DNA from: Candidatus Woesearchaeota archaeon
Lineage (GTDB): Archaea; Nanobdellota; Nanobdellia; Woesearchaeales; SKIA01
Direction of reading: 5' to 3'
Assembly: GCA_046704725.1 (NCBI GenBank)
Contig: JBJKRI010000004.1
Location: forward strand, 1 to 64,000
DNA: 64,000 nucleotides
Part shown: in pieces, positions 11,001 to 21,006 of the stretch
Position numbering within the stretch: the first letter of the stretch is position 1
How the letters are laid out: every line of letters begins with the position of its first letter
Translations under genes and position numbers: made by a program
The notes under the pieces: generated by a model
What the model was told of the DNA's origin: nothing
Seen by the model: only the letters and a program-made list of their open reading frames with translations
Databases searched by the model: none

Positions 11001-12361
11001 TGTGGAACGGGAGCGCGGGAGAGCACACCGCGATCACCACCGCCACGGACCGTGCGGGGAACAAGAACGTGACGGTCACCACCTTCGTCGTCTATCAGAA
11101 GTACGCGGAGACGGACGCGAACTTCACGAACACGACCACGATCGACGCGCTCTTCACGACGGATGCGAAGCTCTCCATACGCGTCGCCAACAACACGACC
11201 GCGAACCTCACGCTCCTCTCGAGCGCCACGACGCCAGCATTCACCAGCACCCTCTTGCGCGCCGTGCGCTACGTGGACATCAACGCGTCACCAGCGCTCG
11301 AGAACGCGCTCGACTGGGCGGTGATCACCGTCTCGTACGACCCCAACGCCCTCAACGGCACGGACGTGGACACGCTCCACCTCGAATGGTACAACACGTC
11401 GAGCAACGCCTGGGTCAATCTGTCGACGGGATCGCCGAGCTGGGTGCACAGCACAGGACGCGACACGACCAACCACCTCGTGTGGGCGAACGTCACGCAC
11501 TTCTCCACGTACGCGGTCACCGGGTCGCTGCCCACGACGACAACGACCACCACGACGTCCTCGGGCGGTGGCGGTGGTGGCGGAGGGGGTGGCGGAGGTG
11601 CCGCCGTCGCGAGCACGGACAGCGTGACGGCGAGCAGTCTGACAGCAGGAGTGCCGTACACCATCGGTGTGAGCCTGCCGAACGTCTCGGTGACGCAGCT
11701 CACCTTCACGCCGAGAACGACGAGCTTCGTCCAGACGCTCACCTTCCACACGAATACGACCGCGCCAGGCTTCCCGGGGATAATCTATCAATCCATCGGC
11801 ATCGCGCACGACCCCACATTCTCGGCCGACAATGTGCAGGTGACCTTCCAGGTCCCGGAGAGATGGATCGCATCGCACGGGGGACGCGCCCAGAGCGTCG
11901 CATTGTACCGCAAGGACAGCGGGCGGTACAGTCCCTTGTTCACCACCTACCATGGGACCGTCAATGGCACGGCGACGTACACCGCGAGCGCATCTTCCAT
12001 CAGCGACCTCGCCGTGGGCATGCCGGCACCGGCTCCCGAACCGGTGGTTGCAGTCCCGACAACACCGGTCACGAACGCCACGAACACGAGCCCGCCCCCG
12101 CAGGTCCAACAGCCAGCGGTCATCGTGACCGCGAGCCCGCCCCCGCAGCCGAGCGGCAACTCCCCGTCCGACCTGATCGTCGCCCTGCTCGCCCTGCTCG
12201 TGGGAGGGCTCGCGGCAGGACGCATCATGCTCGTCGAACGCAAGAAGCACGGACAGCACCTCACGCGCGCGTCGCCCGCGCACGTGGCCCGCCACCTGCA
12301 CGCCCGCGCAGGGGTGTGGTATCCGTGCGCGGAGCCGGAATGCCCGTACAGCAAGCCATAG
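8054..12361 (+). CDS. Large membrane-anchored S8 subtilisin-like protease (PPC-like, I9-like prodomain, S8, Ig-like repeats, PGF-pre-PGF-like, C-terminal TM)
   Basis: Signal peptide; catalytic [12 protein letters not shown] and GTSMATP; repeated D-T-x-P-x-T Ig modules; many N-x-S/T sequons. Confidence 0.92.
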   Translation: MAVERVWAILLLLLVLAPIVIADSYEPDNTTGTANWIATNGTPQTHDFNPAGDVDFVKFNATQGVSYDISTQNITPQSTTDTVLTLYKPNGALLAVDDDNLELNTRNSRVLFQAPQNGTYYARVSEYSNVAGGQYNISVTRQGTLTVTSQVMPTVAQDHTFTANASVTCTGGPCPGVTLILDPRRKVDPRVPKLLTTQKSVGVIIMYDTNVSQAPKKESLVLQAAGTVVPVVQLTTLVQRLGLLPKSEPLDVAAKDIHARFPTLHAIAAHIDQQTFENLVNDPRVERIQYDTPVHATVDGSVSSINAPQVWQTKVNGTNITGAGVTVCVIDTGINYTHPDFGSCNATTNINDGSCPKVIGGYDFVNNDTNPMDDEGHGSHVSGIIASENTTYPGVAPGARIVAIKSLDSTGSGTASNIISGLEWCTANATKYNISVISMSLGATDAFPNSCDESDPTMTQAIQNAINAGIIVDIAAGNGFSTSPQLGMSWPACVRNATGVGATGNTGVWSTYGQRDLSTALLAPGDNVMSTNYQGGHVTKSGTSMATPMVSGSAALLIQHDRLAYNRTPTVFELRTQLQATGSNDTDTAFSNLTLPRVDPLGGIQDKGVVPNTVGAQPFWTPDTNPVSCGTLADGQSCNASWTVNASTSNGTYAFYAIATTEYARVQSTHQNVTINPDTTPPNTTTTFPTGWQNGSVVITLNATDNGTGVAQTHYRVDNGNWSTGTSVNVTGDGNHTVYYYSVDNVGNTEAMKNGSVAIDTLPPYTNTSDNGSWHDADYNITLNVTDNGSGVSYTTYRIGNGTWSNGTTINITAEGNTTYQYYGVDKLNHTEQTRTAYALLDKTAPNTTVNAPSGWQNGAVTLTFNATDNLSGVAQTWHSIDGANATNGSTLAVSTDGNHTVTYWSRDAAGNNESVKNVSVAVDTTRPELSRLRLNTSAPGAGENITFSVDANDTTSGLASVTLTIDSKPVSLSASNGTYSGVWNGSAGEHTAITTATDRAGNKNVTVTTFVVYQKYAETDANFTNTTTIDALFTTDAKLSIRVANNTTANLTLLSSATTPAFTSTLLRAVRYVDINASPALENALDWAVITVSYDPNALNGTDVDTLHLEWYNTSSNAWVNLSTGSPSWVHSTGRDTTNHLVWANVTHFSTYAVTGSLPTTTTTTTTSSGGGGGGGGGGGGAAVASTDSVTASSLTAGVPYTIGVSLPNVSVTQLTFTPRTTSFVQTLTFHTNTTAPGFPGIIYQSIGIAHDPTFSADNVQVTFQVPERWIASHGGRAQSVALYRKDSGRYSPLFTTYHGTVNGTATYTASASSISDLAVGMPAPAPEPVVAVPTTPVTNATNTSPPPQVQQPAVIVTASPPPQPSGNSPSDLIVALLALLVGGLAAGRIMLVERKKHGQHLTRASPAHVARHLHARAGVWYPCAEPECPYSKP

Positions 12362-12392
12362 CGCTTATAAAAAGGGCGTCTCTTCTCCGAGG

Positions 12393-13514
12393 ATGCCCGA
12401 TTACTACGCCGTCCTCGGCGTGGACAAGAACGCCTCGCAGGACGAGATCAAGCGCGCCTACAAGAAGAAGGCCAAGCAGTTCCATCCCGACCTGAACAAG
12501 GACGATCCCAAGGCCGAGGAACGCTTCAAGGAGGTCAACGAGGCATACAAGGTGCTCGGCGACGCGAACGCGCGCTCCCGCTACGACCAGTTCGGCCACG
12601 AGGGATTCACGCAGAACCAGCGCGCCGGCTTTGGTCAGGGATTCTCCGGCGGCGATTTCGGCTTCGGTGAGGGCTTCGGATTCGAGGACCTGTTCGGCAA
12701 TATCTTCGGCCAAGGATTCTCTGGACGGCAGCATCGACGGGGGGCGGATCTGCAGACCGAGATTGCCATCACGCTCCAGGAGGCGTACGCGGGATGCGAG
12801 CGCACCCTCGACCTGGACAAGTACGACCCGTGCGAAGCGTGCGAGGGCACGGGGGCCAAGGACGGCAAGACCGAGCGCTGCGCGACCTGCCACGGGCGCG
12901 GGCGCGTCGTGCGCCAGCAACGCACGCCCTTCGGGGTCTTCCAGACCGAGACCGCGTGCCCGGCGTGCAAAGGCACCGGACAGACCGCATTGGAGACGTG
13001 CCCGACCTGCAGGGGCGAGGGGCGCGTGCGCAAGAAGAAGACGGTGACCGTCGAGGTGCCGCGCGGCGTGCACGACGGTCAGCGCATCCGCGTGCCGGGA
13101 GAGGGGGAGGCCGGTCCTGCCGGCATGCCGCCAGGAGACCTGTACCTGTTCGTGCGCGTGCGGGCGCACCCGCTGTTCACTCGCGACGGCGACGACCTGA
13201 ACTGCGAGATCCCCATCAGCTTCCCGCAGGCGGCCTTTGGCGACGATGTTGCCATTCCTACGCTTAAGGGAGAGGCGCAGCTCGAGGTGCCTTCCGGTAC
13301 CCAGAGCGGGACGCGCTTCCGCATCTCGGGGTACGGTATGCCGCGCGGGCGCGGGCACGGCGACCTGTACGTCAGGGTGCGTGTGGTCACGCCCAAGAAG
13401 CTCAGCAAGGAGCAGAAGGCAGCGCTCCAGGATTACGCCAAGACCGTCGGCATCGACGCTGCTCCCCAGAAGAGCTTCTTTGCCAAGCTCAAGGACGCGT
13501 TCGACCATGAATAA
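12393..13514 (+). CDS. dnaJ: Co-chaperone DnaJ
   Basis: J domain with HPD, G/F region, four CxxCxGxG repeats. Confidence 0.97.
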   Translation: MPDYYAVLGVDKNASQDEIKRAYKKKAKQFHPDLNKDDPKAEERFKEVNEAYKVLGDANARSRYDQFGHEGFTQNQRAGFGQGFSGGDFGFGEGFGFEDLFGNIFGQGFSGRQHRRGADLQTEIAITLQEAYAGCERTLDLDKYDPCEACEGTGAKDGKTERCATCHGRGRVVRQQRTPFGVFQTETACPACKGTGQTALETCPTCRGEGRVRKKKTVTVEVPRGVHDGQRIRVPGEGEAGPAGMPPGDLYLFVRVRAHPLFTRDGDDLNCEIPISFPQAAFGDDVAIPTLKGEAQLEVPSGTQSGTRFRISGYGMPRGRGHGDLYVRVRVVTPKKLSKEQKAALQDYAKTVGIDAAPQKSFFAKLKDAFDHE

Positions 13515-13598
13515 CCATTCTCGCGGGGTGACGATGGCAAAACATTTTTATAGCTCGACGCGTGCCGACGTCAGAGTGGAAACGAGGGAGGAGTCCGC

Positions 13599-14831
13599 AT
13601 GAGAATACATACACCCTTGATGATGTGCTTCTTGCTTGCTCTGGCGGCCTGTTCCGGGAACACCCTGTTCCCCGGCAACGGCACCAACGCGAGCAACACG
13701 AGCCTCTTTATACCGAACGCGACCAATATCACGAACGCGACGCCCGTGAGCATCCCGAACGCCACGGCGAACGCGACCCCGACGACGAACGCCTCGGCGA
13801 ACGCGACCGCGCGGAGCAACGCGACGTACGACGCGACCGTGTCCGGGGTGGAAGGGCAGCTGATCCAGCTCCACAGCAAGGCGACGGACCCCGACGGGGA
13901 TCCTGTCACGCTGAGCTTCAGCGCACCGTTCAACGCGAGCGGCGACTGGCAGACCAAGATCGGCGACGCCGGGCGCTACAACGTGACGGTCACCGCATCC
14001 GACGGCAAGACCTCCACGCAAGCGCACATCCTGGTCATCGTGACGCGCGCCAACAGGCCGCCCGTCATCACTGGACCTGATGTCATCCACGTCAAGGAGG
14101 GCCAGACGGTCAACCTGCGCGTCTTCACCATCGTGGATCCCGACGGGGACACCTTCGTGACCAGCTACAGCGGCTGGATGCAGGGCAGCACCTACACGAC
14201 GAACTACAACGACGCCGGCAACCACACCGTGACCATCATCGCGGAGGACTCGCACGGCAACCAGGCCGAGAAGAAGGTCATCATCGATGTGGCCAACGTC
14301 AACCGGCCGCCCGTGCTCAGCGTTTCGCCGCTGCACATCAACGCCACCGAAGGCGACCTGGTGCGCATCAACGCGAGCGCGACGGACCCGGACAACCAAA
14401 CCGTGAAGATCTCGTACGGCGCCCCGTTCAACAGCCTCGGCGAGTGGCAGACCACGGTTGGTGACGCGGGCGACTACGAGGCCGCCGTGACTGCGACCGA
14501 CGGTATCGCGCAGGTCAGCAAGACCGTCTCGGTCCGCGTCAACCCTGCGAACCGCGCGCCGGTCATCCAGGTAGCAGACACGATCACTGTCAAGGAAGGC
14601 CAGCTCATCGACCTGGCGAACTACGTGACGGTCAGCGACCCTGATGGTGACTCGGTCAACGTGACCTACAGCGGTTGGATGAACAGCGAGACGTACACGG
14701 CGACGTACAACGACGCCGGCACCTACTCGGAGACGGTCCGTGCGACGGACGGCAAGACCACCTCGCGCAAGACCTTCACCATCCAGGTGCAGAACGTCAA
14801 CCGCGCGCCGGTCTTCATCACGCCGGCATAG
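13599..14831 (+). CDS. Putative lipoprotein with tandem cadherin/Ig-like repeats
   Basis: LALAACSG lipobox; alternating repeats (ATDPD..GxWQT..GDAGxY / DPDGD..YSGWM...YNDAG) ending in N-R-x-P. Confidence 0.8.
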   Translation: MRIHTPLMMCFLLALAACSGNTLFPGNGTNASNTSLFIPNATNITNATPVSIPNATANATPTTNASANATARSNATYDATVSGVEGQLIQLHSKATDPDGDPVTLSFSAPFNASGDWQTKIGDAGRYNVTVTASDGKTSTQAHILVIVTRANRPPVITGPDVIHVKEGQTVNLRVFTIVDPDGDTFVTSYSGWMQGSTYTTNYNDAGNHTVTIIAEDSHGNQAEKKVIIDVANVNRPPVLSVSPLHINATEGDLVRINASATDPDNQTVKISYGAPFNSLGEWQTTVGDAGDYEAAVTATDGIAQVSKTVSVRVNPANRAPVIQVADTITVKEGQLIDLANYVTVSDPDGDSVNVTYSGWMNSETYTATYNDAGTYSETVRATDGKTTSRKTFTIQVQNVNRAPVFITPA

Positions 14832-14996
14832 GTTTTGGGGACTCCTCCCCATCCTCTTTTTCCTTCTTCTCTTGATTCCGAGAACGTATCAGGCCTCTAC
14901 GAAGAACGAGTCTCCACTCGCCAAGAGCGATAAAACTATTTAAAGCGCTCTTTGGGTTACGAAGCAGCGCCTAGCGCAGGAAAAGAGGGAAACACT

Positions 14997-15368
14997 GTGG
15001 GACTGTTCGGCGGAAAGGACGATACGAAAGCGAAGATCGAGGAGCTCAAGGCCAAGATGCAGGGCGGACAGCCCGGCTGGCAGCCGCCGCAGCAGCCCTG
15101 GCAACCCCCCCAGCAGCAGTACCAGCCGCCGCAGCAGCCCTGGCAACCTCCGGAGGCGCAACAGCCGAGCCCGCCTCCTGCGCCGCGCAGGGAGGTGCGT
15201 GTGGAACGACGAGACGATTTCGAGGAGCTGTCGAGCGGCATCGTGCTCGACCTGGGCGACGGCATGTCGCTCAACCTGCCCATCAAGGGACGCATGCATC
15301 TCGACGAGTTCTTGCGCATAGCCGACCGCGTGCGCGAGCTCAAGCGCATCGAGCACCCGCAGGCCTAG
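14997..15368 (+). CDS. Hypothetical protein with (W/Y)QPPQQx repeats
   Basis: GTG start (MGLFGGK); low-complexity middle; small globular C-terminus. Confidence 0.65.
   Translation: MGLFGGKDDTKAKIEELKAKMQGGQPGWQPPQQPWQPPQQQYQPPQQPWQPPEAQQPSPPPAPRREVRVERRDDFEELSSGIVLDLGDGMSLNLPIKGRMHLDEFLRIADRVRELKRIEHPQA
15078..15161 (+). repeat. Four 21-nt coding tandem repeats (WQPPQQP-type)
   Basis: tggcagccgccgcagcagccc-like units. Confidence 0.75.
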
Positions 15369-15826
15369 GCGTCGAGCATCTTGAGGTGCGCGTCGCTCGT
15401 GAGGAACTGCTCCCGGCAGAGCTCTTCGAGGACGTAGAACTCCTTGCGGCTCTTCACGCCCAAAACGTCGAGGCGATCCATGAACTCCTGGACCTCGCTC
15501 ATGTTCCGGAACAAGACCTCGACCAGGTAGTCATAGCCGTTGTTGATGCGCAAGATGGTGTTCACCTGGTGGTGCCCCTCCAAGAAGCGCCGCACCGCAT
15601 CGCGTGCATCGGCCTTGACCTGCAAGAGCAAGGTGACGCGCAGGTCGTATCCCAAGCGACGGAAATCGAGCAGGCAGGTGTGCTTGGTGATGACCCCGTC
15701 CTCGAAACTCTTGAGCCGCTCGTAGATGGTGCTCACAGGAATGCCTGTCTTCCTGCTCATCCGCGTCAATGTCTCGCGCGCATTGCTGCGCAACCGCCTC
15801 ATGATCTGTAATTCCTTCGCTTTCAT
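15365..15826 (-). CDS. Lrp/AsnC family regulator
   Basis: NARETLTRMSRKTGIPVSTIYERLK HTH plus RAM domain; GGAGGT Shine-Dalgarno-like site upstream. Confidence 0.88.
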   Translation of the reverse strand: MKAKELQIMRRLRSNARETLTRMSRKTGIPVSTIYERLKSFEDGVITKHTCLLDFRRLGYDLRVTLLLQVKADARDAVRRFLEGHHQVNTILRINNGYDYLVEVLFRNMSEVQEFMDRLDVLGVKSRKEFYVLEELCREQFLTSDAHLKMLDA

Positions 15827-15911
15827 TGGTGACCTCCCGTGCCCCCCACGGTATTTCTGCTCTGAGTGAAGCAAAGACATCAAGATTCGCGGACAGGGAA
15901 ATGCTGAAGCG

Positions 15912-15928
15912 TTCAGGAAAAACCTGAA
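15912..15928. promoter_or_regulatory. Inverted repeat TTCAGG-AAAAA-CCTGAA, possible Lrp operator
   Basis: Palindrome with an A-rich centre in the divergent intergenic region. Confidence 0.45.
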
Positions 15929-16029
15929 TCTATACCTGGGCTATATAAGCGGACAGAAGAGAGAGCAGAATACCTCCTGAAACAGCCTGAAACTGTCCCT
16001 TTGAAATACTAGCGCTGCTTTCTGCGGTC

Positions 16030-17553
16030 ATGCACGCGTCAGAGCAAGCAGTCCTCGCCGCGTTCGCGCAACAACCGCAAGCGCAACTCACCACCGGAGA
16101 GCTCGTGAGAAGCGCCTTTCCCCAAGAGCACGACGCCATCCAGCAGGACCTGCGCAGCAGCGACCCCGAGACGCATCGGCGCGGACTGCGCAACAAGGCG
16201 CGATTGCACCGAAAGCTCCTCTACCACCTCAACAAGCTCGTGGCGAGGAACGCATTGCGCGTGGCAGAGGTGAAAGAGCATGGGGAGAAGACCTACGCGC
16301 TCGCCATGGAGCGCGGGGAGATCGTCGTCTCGGACAAGCAGATGACCGTGGCGATCGCCAAGCACCCCGCGGCGGAGAGCTTCGTGGCGGACTGGCAAGA
16401 ACGCGGCATCGTCACCCAGATGACCCAAGCGATCCACAAGGTGGATGCGTACGCCGTGCGCGTGGACGGCGGTATGGGTGTGCACGGCCTGCGAGCCGAA
16501 CTCTTGCGCCTGTACACGCACATCGAGGACGCCGTGGGCATCATCGGCTTCGAGCGCTTCCTCGGACAGGACAGCGGCACGCTCGCGGAAGGAGTGGCCG
16601 AGCTCATCGCGGACACAAAAGACTACGGCATCAGTGTCACCCTCCGCATCGACATCGGCAAGAAGGCATTGACGGGAAAGGACCACTCGTTCTTCACGGC
16701 CTTCGCGCTCCAGCACCCGTCGCGCGTCTACATCGTGTTCGCGGGGCGACACACGGACTTCCAGGAACAGCGCTCGCACCTCGAACGCATCGCCGACGTG
16801 TTCTCGCAAAACGACATCAAGCTCAACCTGCAGGACCTCGGACGCGACGCGGACCCATACCTCATGGGACGCGCCGGCATGTACAGCATCGACGAACGGC
16901 AGCAAGAGGCGCTCGCGCGCATCGGCGGGGTCGTCGTGGCCAACGCGAGCATCGTCATCGACCTGGGGCGCGAGCAGCTCACCGCGGACGCGTTGCGGAC
17001 GCTCGCGATAGACTGCGCGCGCACCCTGCTGGCGCGCAGCTCGCTGCAGCGACGGCTCGCGCCAACGATATTCAACGGCCTGACAGCCGTGGGGTCCCTG
17101 CGCGAGCAGCTCGCCTGGACGCGCACCTACCTGCGGTTATGGAACTATGACACGCAACGATACCCGTACCCCGCGCTGCTGGGGACCGTGTCGCACGAGC
17201 TCGACGTCTTCGCGCGGCAAGAGACCACGATATTCGCCGCGTGCGGAGTGCCACTCAACTACCGCATCCTCTTGAGCAGCGCCTTCCCGCACTATGGTGT
17301 GCTGTCGGTGCGCATGTACGACAAGAAGCCCGTGTACGACCGCGAAGGGCTGCGGACGCAGGAGCTGGAACTGCGCGAGCAGCTCGCCGCGCACTACAGC
17401 GCAGAGCGCATCAGGGTCTTCCGGGAAGGGGACTTCACCGGACAAGACGTCATCAGCGAGATGCTGTGGATCACGCGCAGCCACGACCTCGCTTTTGTCA
17501 CCTACGACTTCCGCAAGATGCAGAAGATGATCAGCCTCACCAGATTCCTATGA
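16030..17553 (+). CDS. Hypothetical protein with N-terminal wHTH-like region
   Basis: 507-aa ORF; RLHRKLLYHLNKLV...GEKTY resembles a winged helix. Confidence 0.7.
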   Translation: MHASEQAVLAAFAQQPQAQLTTGELVRSAFPQEHDAIQQDLRSSDPETHRRGLRNKARLHRKLLYHLNKLVARNALRVAEVKEHGEKTYALAMERGEIVVSDKQMTVAIAKHPAAESFVADWQERGIVTQMTQAIHKVDAYAVRVDGGMGVHGLRAELLRLYTHIEDAVGIIGFERFLGQDSGTLAEGVAELIADTKDYGISVTLRIDIGKKALTGKDHSFFTAFALQHPSRVYIVFAGRHTDFQEQRSHLERIADVFSQNDIKLNLQDLGRDADPYLMGRAGMYSIDERQQEALARIGGVVVANASIVIDLGREQLTADALRTLAIDCARTLLARSSLQRRLAPTIFNGLTAVGSLREQLAWTRTYLRLWNYDTQRYPYPALLGTVSHELDVFARQETTIFAACGVPLNYRILLSSAFPHYGVLSVRMYDKKPVYDREGLRTQELELREQLAAHYSAERIRVFREGDFTGQDVISEMLWITRSHDLAFVTYDFRKMQKMISLTRFL

Positions 17554-18152
17554 CCGACGCCATCACCGCCTGGAAAGACCTGCTCGGCCGCGCGCGCGGC
17601 GCGGCGGGCTTCACGGACCGCTCCAGCAGGGAGTGCCACGAGCTGCGCGACCAACTGCTCACCATCGCTCACACCACCGGCATGCGCGAGCCATTGCTCG
17701 CGGTCAGGCACCTGGGCTGGTACTATCCCTCGGACGAGGAGCTGCGCAGCGTATTGCTCAGCCCGGACGACCAGCACCTCTACAGCTTCGCGAGCCGGAT
17801 CGCCGGTCAACTGCCCGCGCTCGTCGCGCACCTTCGCAGGCATCCGGAGACCCGGCGGGCGTTGTTGCAGCTGGCGGACCTGCGGCCAGAGACCTACGAG
17901 GAGCCCCACGTGCCGTGCCTGATCAGCGCGTGGTTCGCCATCCGGGACGGCAAGCTCACCTGCACGGTGCACGCGCGCAGCGTGGACGTGCTCATCGGCC
18001 TGCCCGCGAACCTCTACCAGGCGGGCGTGCTCCTCGAGCACGTCGCCCACGAGGTCGGCGTTCCGCCCGGAGCCCTCTCCATGTTCATGGACAGCGCCCA
18101 CGTCTTCGCCGAATACGACCCGCAGCTGGACCGTATCCTCAGAAAACCTTAA
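17550..18152 (+). CDS. thyA: Thymidylate synthase (ThyA family, short archaeal type)
   Basis: TRRA, HVPCL (catalytic Cys), ARSVDVLIGLPAN, SAHVF; overlaps the upstream stop. Confidence 0.75.
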   Translation: MTDAITAWKDLLGRARGAAGFTDRSSRECHELRDQLLTIAHTTGMREPLLAVRHLGWYYPSDEELRSVLLSPDDQHLYSFASRIAGQLPALVAHLRRHPETRRALLQLADLRPETYEEPHVPCLISAWFAIRDGKLTCTVHARSVDVLIGLPANLYQAGVLLEHVAHEVGVPPGALSMFMDSAHVFAEYDPQLDRILRKP

Positions 18153-18178
18153 AAGAGGGCGTGTGCCGTGGGCCGCTG

Positions 18179-18319
18179 ATGGAGTACGAGGACGACGACT
18201 TCCTGGACGAGCCGGAGGCCGAATACGCCGAGGACGCGGTGGATCTCGAGCCCAGCGACGACGAATTGTTCGACGAGGACTTCGGGGCTGACGGGAACTA
18301 CGCGGACGAGGACGACTAG
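18179..18319 (+). CDS. Small, extremely acidic protein (46 aa)
   Basis: MEYEDDDFLDEPEAE...DEDD; fills the gap up to argS; TTAAAA upstream. Confidence 0.5.
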   Translation: MEYEDDDFLDEPEAEYAEDAVDLEPSDDELFDEDFGADGNYADEDD

Positions 18320-18320
18320 G

Positions 18321-19979
18321 ATGCGCATCGAGGACGCGGTCCGTGATGCGCTGCGCGCAGCGCTGCCGGGCGAGATAATCCTGGAGGAGCCGCCGTCGCC
18401 CGAGATGGGCGATCTGGCCGTGCCATGCTTTTCCTACGCGAAGGCATTGAGGAAGAGCCCTGCAGCGATCGCCTCGGAGATCGCTTCCGCTGTGTCAGGC
18501 AAGGGACCGATCGTGAATGCCGTCGCTGCCGGGCCGTACTGCAACCTCTTCTTGGACCGCTCGTTCGTCGCGCAGAACGTTCTTTCCATGGAATTGGGAG
18601 TGGGAAAGAAGAATCAGAAGCTCCTCTTCGAGTATCCGTCGCCGAACACGAACAAACCATTGCACCTCGGGCACCTGCGCAACATGCTGCTCGGGAGCAG
18701 CGCGGCGGCGATCGCCGAAGCGGCCGGGTACTCCGTGGTGCGCACCAACCTCTACAACGACCGCGGGGTCCACATCTGCAAGAGCATGCTCGCCTACCAG
18801 CGCTGGGGAGAAGGGAAAACACCTGCCGACCTGGGCATGAAGCCCGACCACTTCGTCGGGCACTGGTACGTCGAGTTCGCGAAACACGCCAAAGAGGATG
18901 AATCCCTTGAGAATGAGGCGCAGGAGATGCTCCGCAAATGGGAGGACGGCGACAAGGTCGTCCGGTCGCTCTGGAAGAAGATGAACGACTGGGCGTACGA
19001 AGGCTTCACGCAGAGCTTCGACCGGTTGGGGATCACTTTCGACAAGCACTACTACGAGTCGCAATTGTACGACAAGGGGAAAGCCGTGGTGGAGCACGGT
19101 TTGAAAGTGGGCGTGTTCTCGCATGATGAGAACGGGAATACGCGGGCGTCGCTCGGAACGTTGGGGGAGCCCGTCGTGCTGCGGGCGGACGGCACGGCCG
19201 TCTACATGACGCAAGACCTGTACCTCGCGCAGGTCCGGCAAGACGAGTGGAAGCCGGACGCGCAGGTGTATGTCGTGGGCTCGGAGCAGGACCACCGCTT
19301 CAAGCAATTGTTCGCCATCCTCGAGGCGCTGGGCATGGAGCACGCCGACCGGTTGTTCCACCTCTCGTACGGATTGATTGCCCTGCCCGAAGGACGCATG
19401 AAATCACGCGAGGGGACGGTCGTCGACTGCGACGACCTGCTCAACAGCATGGAGGCGTTGGCCGCGGAGGCCGTGCAGGAACGCCATCCCGAGCTCTCCG
19501 CGAAAGAGGTGCAGAAGCGCGCCAAGACGATCGGGCACGGGGCATTGCGCTTTTTCATCTGCAAGTACGAGCCCAAGACGGGGTTTGTCTACGACCCGAA
19601 GGAGAGCCTGTCGTTCGAAGGGGAGACGGGACCGTACGTGCAGTACGCGGCAGCGCGCATCAGCAGCATCCTTGCCGAGACGAAGCCCGGGAAAGCCGAC
19701 GCTTCCCTGCTTTCCGAGGACGAGGCCTTCGCGCTTCTCATGGCACTGCGGAAGACGCCCGCGATCGTCGAGGAGGCCGCTTCCCAGTACAAGCCGCACC
19801 TCGTGGCGCGGCACGCCATGAGCGTCGCGCAGGCCTTCACGGGCTTCTACCACACCTACAAGGTATTGGTCGATGATGCGAAGGTGCGGGACAGCCGTCT
19901 CGCCTTGCTCAAGGCTACGCGGGCGCACCTGGCGTACCTGCTCGGACTGCTCGGTATCGAAGCTCCAGAAGCGATGTAG
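18321..19979 (+). CDS. argS: Arginyl-tRNA synthetase
   Basis: SPNTNKPLHLGHLRN, MKSREG, FEGETGPYVQY. Confidence 0.96.
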   Translation: MRIEDAVRDALRAALPGEIILEEPPSPEMGDLAVPCFSYAKALRKSPAAIASEIASAVSGKGPIVNAVAAGPYCNLFLDRSFVAQNVLSMELGVGKKNQKLLFEYPSPNTNKPLHLGHLRNMLLGSSAAAIAEAAGYSVVRTNLYNDRGVHICKSMLAYQRWGEGKTPADLGMKPDHFVGHWYVEFAKHAKEDESLENEAQEMLRKWEDGDKVVRSLWKKMNDWAYEGFTQSFDRLGITFDKHYYESQLYDKGKAVVEHGLKVGVFSHDENGNTRASLGTLGEPVVLRADGTAVYMTQDLYLAQVRQDEWKPDAQVYVVGSEQDHRFKQLFAILEALGMEHADRLFHLSYGLIALPEGRMKSREGTVVDCDDLLNSMEALAAEAVQERHPELSAKEVQKRAKTIGHGALRFFICKYEPKTGFVYDPKESLSFEGETGPYVQYAAARISSILAETKPGKADASLLSEDEAFALLMALRKTPAIVEEAASQYKPHLVARHAMSVAQAFTGFYHTYKVLVDDAKVRDSRLALLKATRAHLAYLLGLLGIEAPEAM

Positions 19980-19982
19980 GCT

Positions 19983-20285
19983 TCAAGCAGGATCCTCGCG
20001 CCCTAAGAAACGGCGGATATGACGGGTCACTGAGAAATGCTCTCCAGTGATGAGATCCCCGATGCCCTCCGTGACGTAATAGCCGAAACAGGCCTCGAAG
20101 AACGGATGTCCTGCAGCAAGATGACACTCCATCAGGCCGACTGCGCCGAGGACTGCGCCGAAGGCGCGATTATACGCGTCGGCGGCGAGGTTGTCCCCGC
20201 GCCAGCTCGGCTCAGGCTCGGCGACCTTCTTGAGAGTATAGGACAAATGGACGCGCTGCGCCAAGGAGAGACCGTCGGAAGCCAT
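19983..20285 (-). CDS. Hypothetical protein
   Basis: 100-aa ORF filling the gap; TTAAG upstream. Confidence 0.45.
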   Translation of the reverse strand: MASDGLSLAQRVHLSYTLKKVAEPEPSWRGDNLAADAYNRAFGAVLGAVGLMECHLAAGHPFFEACFGYYVTEGIGDLITGEHFSVTRHIRRFLGREDPA

Positions 20286-20357
20286 AGAAGGGGGAAGCGG
20301 TCTGGATTCTTAAGCCAAGACGTATGTTTTATAAACCACGCGGCGCTTTCCCCCAGA

Positions 20358-20558
20358 ATGGGACGGATCAAGACGACGCTGGTCAAGCGCATCTCCCACG
20401 ACCTGCACGAGCAGCATGGGAAGAGCTTCACGACCAGTTTCGAAGAGAACAAGCGCGCTGTGGAGGAGTTCGCCGAACTCCCCTCGAAGAAGATCAGGAA
20501 CACGATCGCCGGTTACCTCACTCGACTCAAGAAGAAGGAAGCAGCCGACGCGCTCTAG
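20358..20558 (+). CDS. rps17e: 30S ribosomal protein S17e
   Basis: MGRIKT...FEENK...SKKIRNTIAGYLT. Confidence 0.95.
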   Translation: MGRIKTTLVKRISHDLHEQHGKSFTTSFEENKRAVEEFAELPSKKIRNTIAGYLTRLKKKEAADAL

Positions 20559-20560
20559 AA

Positions 20561-20848
20561 ATGGCCAAGGACGCGGACAACAGCATCTTCGTGGGCGACA
20601 AGCCTTTCATGAACTACGTGACAGGCATCGTCATGCAGTTCACCACGCACAACCAGGAAGAAGTCATCGTCAAAGCGCGCGGCAAGTACATCAGCCGCGC
20701 CGTGGACGTGTCCGAGATGGCCCTCAAACGCTTCTTGAAGGACAAGATTCGCATTAAGGATATCGCCATCGACTCCGAGGAAGTGGAGAACAGAGAGGGG
20801 CGTGAGGTGCGCGTGAGCACCATCGAGATCACGCTGGAACGATTATGA
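20561..20848 (+). CDS. albA: Chromatin/RNA-binding protein Alba
   Basis: IFVGDKPFMNYV, VKARGKYISRAVDV, VSTIEI. Confidence 0.95.
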   Translation: MAKDADNSIFVGDKPFMNYVTGIVMQFTTHNQEEVIVKARGKYISRAVDVSEMALKRFLKDKIRIKDIAIDSEEVENREGREVRVSTIEITLERL

Positions 20849-20988
20849 GCGTGTACTCCGGGGTCCTGATCGGCCTTGGAGTGTTATTGCTCGCATTGGG
20901 GACGTACTTCGTCTTCCTGCACTACCAACGGGCGCCGGCCACGGACTATCGCTGGGTCGGTCCCGGAGAGCATCCGTTCAAGAAGTGA
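20845..20988 (+). CDS. Small single-TM protein (47 aa)
   Basis: ATGA overlap with the alba stop; MSVYSGVLIGLGVLLLALGTYFVFL... Confidence 0.5.
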   Translation: MSVYSGVLIGLGVLLLALGTYFVFLHYQRAPATDYRWVGPGEHPFKK

Positions 20989-21006
20989 GCCGCCTCAGCG
21001 TGTCTG

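Noticed and set aside
11530-11605. ACG/ACC and GGC/GGT triplet runs
   Set aside because: Thr and Gly linker codons within the protease, not an independent repeat element
12361-12392. Chaperone operator upstream of dnaJ (also checked upstream of lemA-htpX)
   Set aside because: No GTYGW-N7-TCRAC match found by eye
13840-14820. Long direct repeats that might suggest a CRISPR array or a DGR template/variable pair
   Set aside because: In-frame domain duplication of the lipoprotein; no spacers, no adenine-specific mismatch pattern noticed, and no reverse transcriptase in the window
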